From positions 10,260,101 to 10,324,100 of the forward strand of contig CAVNZM010000003.1 of assembly GCA_963693365.1 (NCBI GenBank): a stretch of 64,000 nt of DNA. The letters run 5' to 3'. Under the pieces are notes generated by a model. It made no database searches and was not told where the DNA came from. It worked only from the letters and a program-made list of their open reading frames with translations. A program made the translations under genes and the position numbers. This DNA is from Amoebidium appalachense (taxonomy: Eukaryota; Protista; Ichthyosporea). Numbering within the stretch: the stretch's first letter is position 1; every line of letters starts with the position of its first letter. Positions 1 through 13,835 of the stretch are shown here, piece after piece.

Positions 1-387
1 TGTGTGTGTGGGGGGGGGGGGGGGGGGGGAGGGGGGAGGGGGGAGGGGGGAGGGGACCGTGGGTTGGTTGTGAGAAAATGAATAGATGGTTCTTGGGTCA
101 CAAATGAAATGGGGGGGGAAGGATAGCGTCTAACGGTTCAATATGGACGTTTGAGGTGCTGATGTTTTTTACAACACAAACACTCTCTTTCTCTCCCGAG
201 GCCTTCGTCGCATTCTCTCTGTCTGTCTCGCTTTCTGTCCCCCTCCCCCCTCCCCCCCCCCTCCGGAGGGGTCCTTTCTCCGCCCCTCCTCCATTGCAAG
301 CATACTCAATCCCAGAGTCCAGTAATTTTGCCTCAATTATTTAATCCATAAACATTGCATTTAGCACGTCTAACTGAATAAACACAC

Positions 388-454
<67 letters not shown>

Positions 455-533
455 GTTACACACACACACACTTCCCCTCCCCTTTCCCCCAACACACCCC
501 ATCTCCCTCAACTGCACACACAGACATCCTCCA

Positions 534-576
<43 letters not shown>

Positions 577-653
577 AAAAACACTTTCCCGCCCCCCCCC
601 CTCCCCACCCCACCCTCCCCCTCACACATGCACACACGTGCACACACGTACAG

Positions 654-1804
<1,151 letters not shown>

Positions 1805-2691
1805 GGAGATCTCGAACTTTCCAGAAGAGGTGCGGTGTGTCAGGGCACTTAATCATTGGGGGAAAAAAAAAGGGGGCCTCCACGTATCATAGTCAGTTGA
1901 ACCTTCATATTCAGGCCTCCACTTAAGTTTCTGTATCATTGAGTCATTTGTTTCGAGTCTTTATTTCACATTACGTTAGTGTTCTATTTTTTATTTTATA
2001 TTTTAGTTTTTGTTGTGGGGGGAGGTGGGGAGGGGGGGGGGGGGGGGGGGGGGTAAGGATTTCAGAGTCCTCAGTGGTTTAATGCAAACCGATTTTGGAA
2101 ATTCGATCCCAAGTTGTCAGCTGCAAAACTGGGTTCGGATCCCAGTCGCGTTAATCAAAGAGGCCATTGGTTTCGTAATCATTGAACTACTTTCCCTTCG
2201 TTAGTACATGTATGCTGTGTCCAGGTGACTTAACCAGATTTTAGAATTACCGAATGCCATGCAACACTACGATTTTTAGCGTTTATAATAACTACAAATC
2301 AGTACCGTAAGGCGGGCTGAACATAACGGTTGGAGTTCAAGTTAGATTAGCTAGCTGCCTCGCTTGACTCCGCAATTTTATTTTATTTTTATCATAGGGG
2401 GGTGAGTCTGACCAAAGTTTATGATCATTATCATGGGGGAGACGGTTTATATTTGTAACAGTGGCAGTAGACTAAGTACGCAAGTTGTCTCGAAGTTTGC
2501 CAAACATTTATTTAATAAGTTTGCACAGCAATCCTCTTCAAGTGAAATTCGCTGTTTGCATCATCCGAGAGAGTGGCCTCAAGACTTGGTCCTCCTTGAC
2601 ATCCCTTAAAAATTGTATTCCATCTTCTTATCTTTCCTTTTTCGGAGTCTGCCGAAGGCTTACTTTCATTTCTCTCCTTTTTTTTTTTTTT

Positions 2692-2737
<46 letters not shown>

Positions 2738-3055
2738 GCGACCGAGACTTTTTGTAGGTCACTGGGGGGCAGGAGGGTGCCACAGTGCGCAGAGGAACTT
2801 TGCTAATGTATGAATGCCTCGGTGTTACACCGTCACTAGTACCGATAGACTAAATATGCGATATATGATATACTATCTCCGGAGTCTGGACAACCATAGA
2901 TATTCGGATATGTTATTGAAAACTGGTGCCACCGGGTGGCATACTACTCAGCTGTTTGCCAAATTTTCGGAAATTTTAATAATGATTCATTATCGATTGG
3001 TCTAATATTAGTATTAAACTTTAAATAAGTTAGTGCCAACAAGCCCTTAAGTCAG

Positions 3056-3116
<61 letters not shown>

Positions 3117-3329
3117 GTCACATAGTGTCGCACACACCATGATCCGACTGTCACACATTGGTACCGTATGATTAGACTGAGTGGCACACACGGTCATGAG
3201 ACACGGACACTGGACATGTCATACCGTGCGACACAAACACACAAAAATATAAACCCACATTTTCAAGCGCGCGCACGCGCATCGTGACACACAGCACACA
3301 CACACACACACACACATGCACACACACAA

Positions 3330-3402
<73 letters not shown>

Positions 3403-3593
3403 TACACACGGGCACACGTGCACCGTGACAATGCCATGCCGCAGGTCACACACGCACGTCGTGAGACACTGATCCCAGTCTGTGACACACACACATATTA
3501 AGGGCCACACAACCTACGTATTACTGTCCCATACTCAGGGATACACACACAGACCATTTTATCTCCTTCCCTTTCGTATGAGGTGCATGGTCG

Positions 3594-3624
<31 letters not shown>

Positions 3625-4237
3625 TTCGCTCTCCCCCCACCCTCACCGCCCCCCCCCCCCCCCCCCCCCCCGGCCCCCCCTCCCCCCCACCCCTGCCCCT
3701 GCCCGGCCCCTGCCGCCCTCAACCTTACCATCAGTCGCCTCACTTACCCTCCCCCCCCCCCCCCCCCTCCCCACCCCCTTCAACCCCCCTCCCCCCCCCT
3801 CCCCCCCCCCCCCTCCCCTCCCCTCTCCCTCCCCCTTCCCTGCCTCCCCCTTCTGCAGATCTGCCAAATTTTGGGTTGCAGCTTGTATCTGGGTATCGAC
3901 TGACCGTTTGTTGAACATTGTACGGGAGCCTCGTCCGGGTTCCGGACCCATCTGTAACGAAGTGGCCCAGTGCAAGTGATCACAAGTTGCACTATCTTGA
4001 CATTTATCATTGCATATGCCAGTGCAATAAAAACGCCCTGCCCGTGATGCAACCAGTAAAAATGAATACGATTATTTATTCGTAGAGAATTGTGCGCCCG
4101 TCGTTCGGCACATGCGTTTGTGCTAAGCAGGCACGCGTGACCGGCGAACAGTTTGTTTCTTAAGCTTTTCTTTATAGCTTATGACACAGGCATCTAATAA
4201 CAACCTTTGTTAGAAACTATGATGCCAGATAAAATTA

Positions 4238-4270
<33 letters not shown>

Positions 4271-5761
4271 CCCTATCTTCGAAGTCACCCGCACCGCAAG
4301 AAACGTGCGTAAAAATTTCTCTGTCCCACGGGCGCACCGGGGCTTGCAATAATTTTCTAACTTCATGGCAATGACATGCGCACATGCGCTGCATTCCTTT
4401 TTCAGGTTATTAACCAATCAAAACGCATAGAATGCTATCATACCGTTGGGCAGTCTGAGACACGTGCACCCGACCCAAACCTGTCGACAGATCTGGCGAA
4501 CACCGTAGCTTGGGCATCGTGTTGTTCAAAAAAGTCTTATTGCCTAGAACATGTACAGTCTGTAAATAACCCCCTATAAGTAAAGTAACGCAATGTCGAA
4601 GAATTATTTACGATGAAATCGGTGAAGTCTTTTTTATTTTGAGTATTCATCCGGACAGCGGTACGACACTCTCGACGTGGTCGGATAAGAGGAAAATACC
4701 AAACTTCGTGCGCACGTATCGTTTAAAAAAAGTCGTAATGTTCTCTTAAGTTAATTCAAAGTCGATATTAGTGCCATATTTCTAGCTCACATTATCCCCA
4801 AAAATATTCAATTTTATTTTTCTTTACCTTTAAAAACTTTTTTCAACAGGTATAAATGCAGTTGCATCATCCAAAGTATTAGGTTTTACTATTACATGAT
4901 AAAATATTTATTAGGCGCAATGATTCAAATTCCGCGTCCGCGCATATGATTTGTAGTATCCGACCCGCGTGATCGCCCACTCCCTGACCCTAGTGCACGG
5001 GAGCTTACCCAACTGGTTACTTTTTCCCCAGAGAGACGCGTCGGGGCTATTTTTTCCATTGTTTGTGACTTATCAAAATTAGGGCCAAACATGAACAAAA
5101 AAAAAGGTCCTCGATACTAAAATTGACGTGTTTTACTAATTCAATGACACGGCGCCGGCGTTCGGACCTGGCCGCCGTGTCATGCGTGACAGGTACACTT
5201 CGATACATCATGAATGCGCATCTTAAGTTTGGATATCACCTGATTCTGGTTTCTCTTTGCCTCGAGCAAACAGCGAAACATGGATATCATATACTTCACA
5301 GACACTTTGTTCCGACGACCGAGTATCACCAGACCAACTTTTTACTAGCCTACACCCTGTGAATACTCTGACACGTACACGCACAGCTGCACAAACACTG
5401 TAGGCTACTCTGTCTGCCAGCTTGCTCATGGTTTGCTATAAACCAAATGCGTTTACCGGATGTGAGTCAGAGTCCCGTCACAGCGGAAGCTATTGTAAGT
5501 CACTGAGACTGAGTTTTTTACAAGGCGTTGTCATATAACTGTATGATTTTTCGACTTTGATACCTACTTTCCAGCGGTGATATACAACGATTAGACTAAG
5601 TTACGTGTCAAGTTTGTGGCGTTATTTGTAAGCGTGTTGAGGTCAAACAAATCTGTTTGCGGCATCGAGACCGATCAAAGACTTTTCAACTCAGGTTCAC
5701 TGATTGATGATTCATCATTGCGCCTGGTAGTATTGTTTCATTTCTCTGCTTGTAAATTAAA

Positions 5762-7411
5762 ATGGGTTCCGAAGGCATCATGCTGGACCAAAACACACAG
5801 TTATTCGAAAGCCGCCTGACAGACAGCGTCACGGTGGCGGCTGATTATTCGCAAGAGTCCCGGCGGTCCGAGACCATGCAAACAGTAGATGCATCAGCAC
5901 AAACATCCACAAGCAATGACTTTGCACAAATGCAAGCCGACAACATTGATGCAGATGCAGACAGCAATAAAAATAAATCATCAACAAAGAGGAAGAGGCG
6001 CACTTTCGCCGAGTTGGAAAGGTCATACGAGTGCGACATCAACGATTGTGCCCGGAAGTATGCCACCGCTCACGCGCTTCAACTACACAAGCGGCTAAAA
6101 CACCCAGCGGAGCTAGCAAACACACACAGGCAGCCACGGATGCGTGGGAGACGCCCGGGCAAGGGTTGGGCCCCGGGACAGACGAACGAGGAGAGCAACG
6201 ACTGGCGTTCTTCCGATCCTTTGCCCACTGCCAGTGGACAGCATGATGACTACGAGGGGTTTTCACCTCATCACACTGGCGAAACTACGTCGAGTGATCA
6301 CGATGACGACACCAGGCCTCTGCACATCCTTCCCTGGCCCGCGACTGCAGCTGGTCACCATGATTCTCGTGTCACAGATGTGAATACATCTTCACTACGT
6401 TCTCGGAACTCTGGCGAGGAAATGTTGGTCGGACCTGGCAGTCACGGAATGATGTCTCCGCCCAACCACCGCAACAATGATCCACACATACACGCGCAAT
6501 ACCATGTCGCCGATGGCAGCGTTCCCTGGAGGAGAACAAGTGCAAGCGTGAACCACGTGCCGGCGATGCACAACCATGTGCTCGATCGCGAAGAGGACTT
6601 TTCGCACAATCACCCTTTGGTCGTAGGCTACCCACGTTGTGATGGGTGGCAAGTGATTGCCAGATCGAGCGCGTGGGCGAAGCACCCGGTGGCACGTGAC
6701 CACCATAACCACTACGTTAGTGAACATGACAGGTATGGAGGTGTGAGCAACCACTACGAATACCACGACGATTTCCGCAAAAACGGTTCGCCGACGGAAA
6801 TGAACATGTTACGTCGCAACACCGCTTCCAGCGATACTGGTGCTTACAGCTGCCTTCGGAATTATTTCTCCAACGACCAATATTTCGCCGACTGGGAGTC
6901 ACCAGAGGCCCTTGCAGTACGCCGCGGCACGGCCTATTCTTTGGATGACGCCGAGTGGGGTGTGTACAGGCGGAGACACGGGTCGGGTAGGCAAAGCATC
7001 GGGTCGAGCCAGAGCAGCCCGGACATGATCTCTGTGCAGAGTCACCGCGGCCATCCGTATTCGAGACTTCCCATCTCCCACGTGCATAATAGTTCCCCAA
7101 CGCGGATTCCACCCAATCACCAACGGCAGTGGGAGGAGGAGCCGCATGTAGAGTGGGGGGCCGCTGAGAGCCGTCCAGCGGCATATATGGCCCGTCGGGA
7201 CGTACATATCCGACGATTTTCAGAGTCTGAGTCATTGAGGATGGGGTCCGACCCGGAGCGCATTTTTCAGAGTCGCCCACGGGATTACGATTTTGAGTAT
7301 GAATATCACCGCTCGTTTGCGGGGCCCAGGCATCCGGCCCGGGACCTATTTTGGATGAGAAGGAGCGTCTTCGACGTTGTGCCTGCCCACCATGATGCTT
7401 TGCACGCCTAA
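5762..7411 (+). CDS. C2H2 zinc-finger protein (single finger, basic NLS-like patch, long disordered C-terminus), intronless
   Basis: 549-aa ATG-initiated ORF in normal-complexity sequence; KRKRRTFAELERSYECDINDCARKYATAHALQLHKRLKH = C-x4-C-x12-H-x4-H. Confidence 0.85.
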   Translation: MGSEGIMLDQNTQLFESRLTDSVTVAADYSQESRRSETMQTVDASAQTSTSNDFAQMQADNIDADADSNKNKSSTKRKRRTFAELERSYECDINDCARKYATAHALQLHKRLKHPAELANTHRQPRMRGRRPGKGWAPGQTNEESNDWRSSDPLPTASGQHDDYEGFSPHHTGETTSSDHDDDTRPLHILPWPATAAGHHDSRVTDVNTSSLRSRNSGEEMLVGPGSHGMMSPPNHRNNDPHIHAQYHVADGSVPWRRTSASVNHVPAMHNHVLDREEDFSHNHPLVVGYPRCDGWQVIARSSAWAKHPVARDHHNHYVSEHDRYGGVSNHYEYHDDFRKNGSPTEMNMLRRNTASSDTGAYSCLRNYFSNDQYFADWESPEALAVRRGTAYSLDDAEWGVYRRRHGSGRQSIGSSQSSPDMISVQSHRGHPYSRLPISHVHNSSPTRIPPNHQRQWEEEPHVEWGAAESRPAAYMARRDVHIRRFSESESLRMGSDPERIFQSRPRDYDFEYEYHRSFAGPRHPARDLFWMRRSVFDVVPAHHDALHA

Positions 7412-8421
7412 TTCGTATGGCCATATAAATGAATTGTACATGACTGTGGTTCTAGATCTTGTTCTCGGAGACAATAGGACACTCAGTCTGTTGGTTAGTG
7501 GCTTGTTTCCTCGCGAACTTGGTGCCAAGCCTTGTGCAAGTTGTATTTAGTGACTACCTCATTAGTGACTCTAGACTCGGTGTCGAATACATTCCTTTTT
7601 TTTGTGAAATAATTGATGTAACAACAACTTGGAAGTTGACGAGAGTAAGACGGCGTGCCGCAAGTTACTGTAGTGACTTATGGGATTCCGATCATGACAT
7701 TTCGGCGTGTAAGGATTTGCTACCATGATATTAAAGGACCTGGTCCCGCATTTCATTCTAAGACTGTGTGGTTGTGTGAAGTGTTGTGGTATTTAGAGAA
7801 GGGTTTGCTGAGTGAGCCTCTTGCTGAGTACGATGGCTCTCCGATACATACTTGATTCGCGTGACCTCAGTGTGTAGTAGCTAAACCGTTACAAGGTGCC
7901 ACCTTTTGCATTTTGAAATTTTAAAGAGGGAGGACTAAAGGGCCTGGGCTGGTCACGTCGTATCATGACCGTATTCATATAATCATTCGAACTCCGGGAT
8001 AACTTATAAATTTTTTTATCAGTATTCCAGAATAACTTCAAATCATCATGATTTGAAATAAAAAAAAGAGTGCCACCGTGACAGAGTCACTAACAAGTCT
8101 TGAATCATGGCATTTACTAAGGCGGCCTTGAAAACCGTTTATAAGATAATGAGTCCGGCGGCTGCAATCACGGCGTATTGTGTTTCCCTTTGTTCCGTTA
8201 GCCACACTCGCCTCCTTTTCTTCCACACTCCTCACCCACCCACTTCCCGTTACCTGGCACAACACTTTACCATCATTGACTTAACACGGGTGGTTTTCTC
8301 ACTGCCCAACTTTCTTTCCAATACCTGCGCGCCCACGTCACACGCGTAATACACTGTTGAACCACTGGTGACTCTCCCAACCTGGTTGAGTTCCTTTCTT
8401 TCTTTCTTTCTGAAGTTCTTT

Positions 8422-8647
<226 letters not shown>

Positions 8648-8913
8648 AGTCTCTTCTCTCTCTTCCTTCAAAGTTTTGCGTTGTCTTGGATATGAAGTTG
8701 TCAGTAAGTAAGGTCTGTGGCTCAGGCGGCTGTGGCCGTCACGGTGTAGTAATTACCATCTTGTGCAGACTCTCGCCGACGATCTGTATTATGATGTACA
8801 TATCATCATACTATATGGGGCACATGCATGTACCCGGATTGGCCGGAGGGAGCGGGCAATAAAGTCACGTGGCGACGATCCCCTAATTATAGGCTACTGC
8901 AGGTGGCGGACGC

Positions 8914-8953
<40 letters not shown>

Positions 8954-9110
8954 GTCTCAGGGAGGAAGGAAAGGGGGCCAAGGGGCCCGGAGGATGGGGG
9001 GGGGGTGGGGGGGGGGGGGGCTGAGGGGGAAAGTCTCACTGAAGGAAGGTGAGGGGGGCCCAAGGGGCCGGGGGGTGGCCCACCCGGGTGGGTCTGAAAG
9101 AGAAGAGTTA

Positions 9111-9628
9111 AGGGATTTTTGAATTTGAAATGGGGGGGGGGAGTAGTTAATGTCGACGTCCGCCCTGGTGGTACCCCCCCCCCCCCCCCCCCCTCCCCAA
9201 GGTAGCCGCAGGGGTGGGTGGGTCCCCCCGGGCCCCCCTCCGGGGGGGAGGGACCCACCTGGGTGAGTGGGGTGGTGGGTCCCCCCCCTCACCCCCCCCC
9301 CTACCTTCCCCCTCCCCCCCCCCCCCCCCCCCCCCCCCCCCCAGCCGGCCCCCCCCCCCCCCACACACCCATGCGCGTGATCATGAAGGTCAGAGTCACT
9401 TTTCTATCCACAAACTTTGTACATGTAGTTGATACTTTTTTCTTTTTTTTGGAGGAATTGCTCCCGTTTTGGCCACTGAACTTACACATCCCCCCCCCCC
9501 TCACCCTTCTTCCCCGTGCTTCCCCCCCCCCCCCCCCCCCCCCCCGGCCCCACTCCCTCGATCCCCCCCCTCCCACGTGCACATACACACACAAGCACCA
9601 CACAAGCACCACACGTGCACACAAGTCT

Positions 9629-9691
<63 letters not shown>

Positions 9692-10030
9692 CACACACAC
9701 CAAACACCCAAACACCCACCCACCCACCCACCCCGGGCCCACACACACACACCGTGACATGCACACGCAAACACATACGCACACACACACACATTTACCA
9801 CCCCTTACTGCTGGTGCCCTTCTTCTTCCGGATGCACACTGATTGTGTGTTCTTTGCAAGGTTTGCTTTGTGTTGCCCAGGGCAAATGTGTACTATAAAA
9901 TGCTCCATAACATTTTGGTTGAACGACCCGACTCCCCCCCCCCCCTTCCACCCCCCCCCCCTCCCTCCCTCACCCTGCCCGTTTAACCACACAAGTAAAT
10001 GCATGGGCACATGGGCATGAAGGCACACAC

Positions 10031-10068
<38 letters not shown>

Positions 10069-10259
10069 CGGTCGAGTGTATCTGCATGTTCATGTCGGGT
10101 GCTCATCGCTGGTCAAAGTTTGTGCCCTCGTGTCCGTGTGTGGTACATGTGTGTGCAGGTACGTGCGAATCGAATACGTGTGTGCTGTGTGTGCGCGCGG
10201 CGGGGCGACTGGAGACGAGTGCGAGAGGGGGGCGGGGAGGGGGACAGGGGGGGTCGGGG

Positions 10260-10300
<41 letters not shown>

Positions 10301-10626
10301 AGTATGATCTTACGGCATAGCCTGAGTTTCAGGTGATCAATTATTATAGTGATTCTAGTAGTTAGCCTCAATGTTATTACGGTTTGAAATACTTATCTGG
10401 TATAGCCATGTAATGCAATGCAGCCTATGGGGTGGGTGGGTCCCCCCCCCCCCCCCCCCCCTGCTAGCCGGAGGGGTGGTGGGTCCCCCCCCCCCCCCCG
10501 CCCTCCCGCGGGAGGGGAGGGGGGGGGGGGGGGACCCACCTATCCAAGGGGGTGGGTGGGTCCCCCCTCCCCCCCCCCCCCCAACTTGCCTACTCCCCCC
10601 TCCCCGTTCCAAAATCAAGAATTCCT
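9111..10626. mobile_element. Degenerate non-autonomous TIR element (MITE-like) with subterminal GGTGGGTCCC/GGGACCCACC repeats
   Basis: 9111-9146 AGGGATTTTTGAATTTGAAATGGG...GAGTAG is an imperfect inverted repeat of 10590-10626. GGTGGGTCCC/GGGACCCACC motifs cluster just inside both ends (9210-9290, 10430-10570). No clear TSD. Confidence 0.5.
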
Positions 10627-11746
10627 AACCCGAGGCTCTGTGGCTCCAATTATCATGCATGGTTGCCAGGGCGGTCACTGAGAGCTGAGCCCGGGTCTTT
10701 TTTTCATCCCCCCCCCCCCCCCCCCCCCCCCCCCCGTCCATTGAATTGCAAGACAACCCGCCCCATCCAGTCACTGGGCTGCCTCCCTTCAAGTTGCCCG
10801 TGTGTGTCTACAGACACATGTCCGCCAACGTAAACGTATCCATGGCCACCCATGGCCACGGCAGGTCACAGACAGTCTATAATAATAATAAGACTTGACT
10901 CAGCTAGAATCGTCCGACTGCATGGACTCGGAGTGAGATTCGGTGAGTCTTCCCGTAGTAAATTTTTCCCCACATGTACATGCGGCTCAGTATCCGCCCG
11001 TCTGCTTCTGCGGCAGAGGAAGGGTGGGGCGGGAGGCGTGTGTGAGTGTGGGGGAGGCGTGGAGGGAGGGGACCCCGGAGGGGGTTCAATTGCAACTGAG
11101 CCTTGTTTCTTCATACAAACTTTCTGTCTGGTACACATTCAGGCGACACCGTTGGATAACACAGCACAGAGTCTGACTGTAAAGGAGCACCTGGAGGACG
11201 GTCTCAATCATTCCCGGGGGGCAACCTAATAGGGGGGCGGGGAGGGGGGCGGGGGAGGACGGGGGGAGGGTCATGCTACCGAGCCCTGAAGCCGTCTTTA
11301 GTCTCCAAGGATCCCAGTCGGAGTCCCCGAGCCTCAGGGTCTCTGGCAGTGCTCGTCCTTAGGCTAGCTCCTCAGGATGATTTTGCCTCCATGTATGATA
11401 ATTGTAGGCGATGGGATGTATGTGTGTGTGCGTGGTTGGAGTCATTGGCAGTGCATACCGGCGAAATTCTGTGTGCGTAGTGTGTGTGTGTGTGTGTGTA
11501 CACGTGTGTATGTGTGTGTGTGACTGTATGTACGATAATCAAGTTGATGTGCTGACAGCGTGTGTGCGCACGTAGAAAGTTTTTTCAAATCCCCCCCCTC
11601 CCCCCCCCAGTTCCCTCTTTCCGGGGCCCGCCCGGCCAGCTCCCTTGAAGTTGATGTGGTCACAGTGCACAAGTTGTCTACCGCCGGCGGTGGGAATTTA
11701 AACAAGTGTGTGTGTGTTTGTGTGTGTGTGTGGGTTTTTTTTTTTT

Positions 11747-11777
<31 letters not shown>

Positions 11778-12084
11778 GGGAGGGGGGGTCACGGGGTGGA
11801 TGGGTGGGTGGGTGGGGGGAGGGGGGGTTGTCACACAAAGTGAACCTTGCAAACAAGTGCTGGCCGTAAACACTGAAACAAGGCAAAAACGAAAACACAG
11901 GGTCGCCCTATCCCGAGCAGCCCTCCCCTCCCACCCACCCCGTCTTCTCTACAACACAAACGCACACCTTGGTTGAGAACTCTTACAGCAGAAGAAATTT
12001 TGCCAAGCATTTAAGTAAGGGACAGCACCAAGCACAAAGATGCAAAACCAACAAGCCTGTGTGGTGTAAGGACACAAGATGGCA

Positions 12085-12200
12085 CGACCACACTGCTCTC
12101 GGGGTGGGTGGGGGAGGGGTGGGGGCTCGAATGGGTTACAGAGTACAAAGTAAACACTCACTATGGACAGCACAAAGCAGATTTTGCCAAAGAGAGCACA
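12085..12200 (-). mobile_element. Partial copy of the dispersed hammerhead-like repeat
   Basis: Minus strand CTGCTTTGTGCTGTCCATAGTGAGTGTTTACTTTGTACTCTGTAACCCATT matches the family body. Confidence 0.55.
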
Positions 12201-13037
12201 AGCGATACAATTACTGACGTACACACATATACACACACATTAATCCACACGCGCGCACACGAACATGCGAGTGGGCAACACACAAATACACCCATACGAC
12301 ACCAAGAGAACGCCACGCAAGGAAGGTTTAGTTGGGGGAGAGGGGAAGAGGCTAGAAGGTGTAGGAACTAAATGAAAAAGGTTTTAACACGAGGGAAGCC
12401 ACTCACAGGGCAGCACCCTCTACACATGCGACGCCAAAGTGAACAGTATTTGTGTGCGTGCTGGGTAATTATTGCGGGGTGATGGAGCTGATGATGGGTC
12501 AGAGAAGTTTAAAGCGTGACTGCTACAGGTTAGGGTGGATTATGGGAAACGAGGGTGAAACAGAGACGTGTGCATTTTTAGAAAATTTGCATGTGCTTGT
12601 TTTCAAAACACCCATAAACGTGGTTAAAAACATAAGCTGGCAATTGGAATGTTGGGGTCAAACCCGTTGTGGGCTCAGCCATACTTTCATTCAGGTCACG
12701 TAAGCCAGCCCAGCTAGTCCTCCTTTACCCCAGCTCCTTTTGCGCAAGCACCAGGCCCACACAGTTGTAGCATAAACACCCAAAGTCTAACTCGAAATTA
12801 GTCCCACAGCCTACTTCTGCTCTGCTTGCCTTTCCAGGTACATCAAGTGATACAATATCCTATCCTTGTTGCTATATCGCCATGGACAATCAAACATTGC
12901 AAGAAAGGAACCGTATGTTTAAAAGCTCCGCTTCCCATATGTCTACAGCTACCGGGCACGACACTGAGTCTATCTCACCCTCAACTGTATGAACACTGTG
13001 AAAACTTAGCTATGAAAGAAAAGACAGAGACGTACAT

Positions 13038-13652
13038 TTAGATGCCGAACATGTCATCAGCGTCGCCCATGTCCATCTCCTCCTCCTCCTCGTCATCATC
13101 CTCAACCTTGGGCTTGTTCCCGTTCTTGTAAACGGGCGGCTTGCCAGCGAGCACGAGCTCAATCTGCTCGATAAGCTGACCCTTCTTGGAGGGGAAGAAC
13201 GTGCGGTTGAAGTTCTCGCGCCACACAATCTTGCCCTCCTTGTTGACGAGGAAAGCCTGGCCAGCGCCAATGCTCAAAAGACCAGCAACAGTCTGGAAGG
13301 CCTTCTTCACGGCCTTACCATCATCGAAAGCAAGGGCGTAGGAGATGTTGAGGGAAGCAACATCGAGCTCGGGCATGGATGCACCGATCTTCTTGGCGTA
13401 GCCGGCAACGTCATCCTCGGTGTTGTCGAGGGAAACACCGATCACCTGGAGCTCGGGGAACTTGTCCTGCACCTTGGAAAGATCGACGAACGTGACGTAC
13501 TCATCCTTGGAGACCTTGGACCAAAAGAAAACGAGAGTGGCCTTCTCAGAGTAAGGAACGGCGCTACCCTTCACGAGCTTGAGCGAGGCAATGGAGGGGG
13601 CGTCCTTGCCGAACGACAGATCGTCGTCGTAGATAACGTTTGCGCCAGCCAT
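13038..13652 (-). CDS. Thioredoxin-fold redoxin (AhpC/TSA/TlpA-like) lacking CxxC, acidic tail; intronless
   Basis: 204 aa from ATG at 13652 (aaaATGG context). GKDAPS...TLVFFWSKVSK...LQVIGVSLD...AFLVNKEGKIVW follows the TlpA/redoxin pattern; strong C/G third-position codon bias. Confidence 0.85.
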   Translation of the reverse strand: MAGANVIYDDDLSFGKDAPSIASLKLVKGSAVPYSEKATLVFFWSKVSKDEYVTFVDLSKVQDKFPELQVIGVSLDNTEDDVAGYAKKIGASMPELDVASLNISYALAFDDGKAVKKAFQTVAGLLSIGAGQAFLVNKEGKIVWRENFNRTFFPSKKGQLIEQIELVLAGKPPVYKNGNKPKVEDDDEEEEEMDMGDADDMFGI

Positions 13653-13724
13653 TTTAGCAGGGAAAAAAGGATGAGAAGACGTGATGCTCCCTTGTGAACT
13701 TCTGAGTGGGTGTGGGTGACGGTG

Positions 13725-13835
13725 GTCCACGTGCGTGGAAGTTGTGGGCGCCCAATTTTTTTTCGATTTGCTGTGTGCATCCCGGGAATATAGATTTAAT
13801 GAAAGCACATGATTGGTTGCAAAAAAGGGCGAAAA
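13725..13835 (-). promoter_or_regulatory. Probable promoter of the redoxin gene
   Basis: Minus-strand AACCAATCA CCAAT box (about 13810-13818) and CACGTG E-box (13728-13733) upstream of the ATG. Confidence 0.4.
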
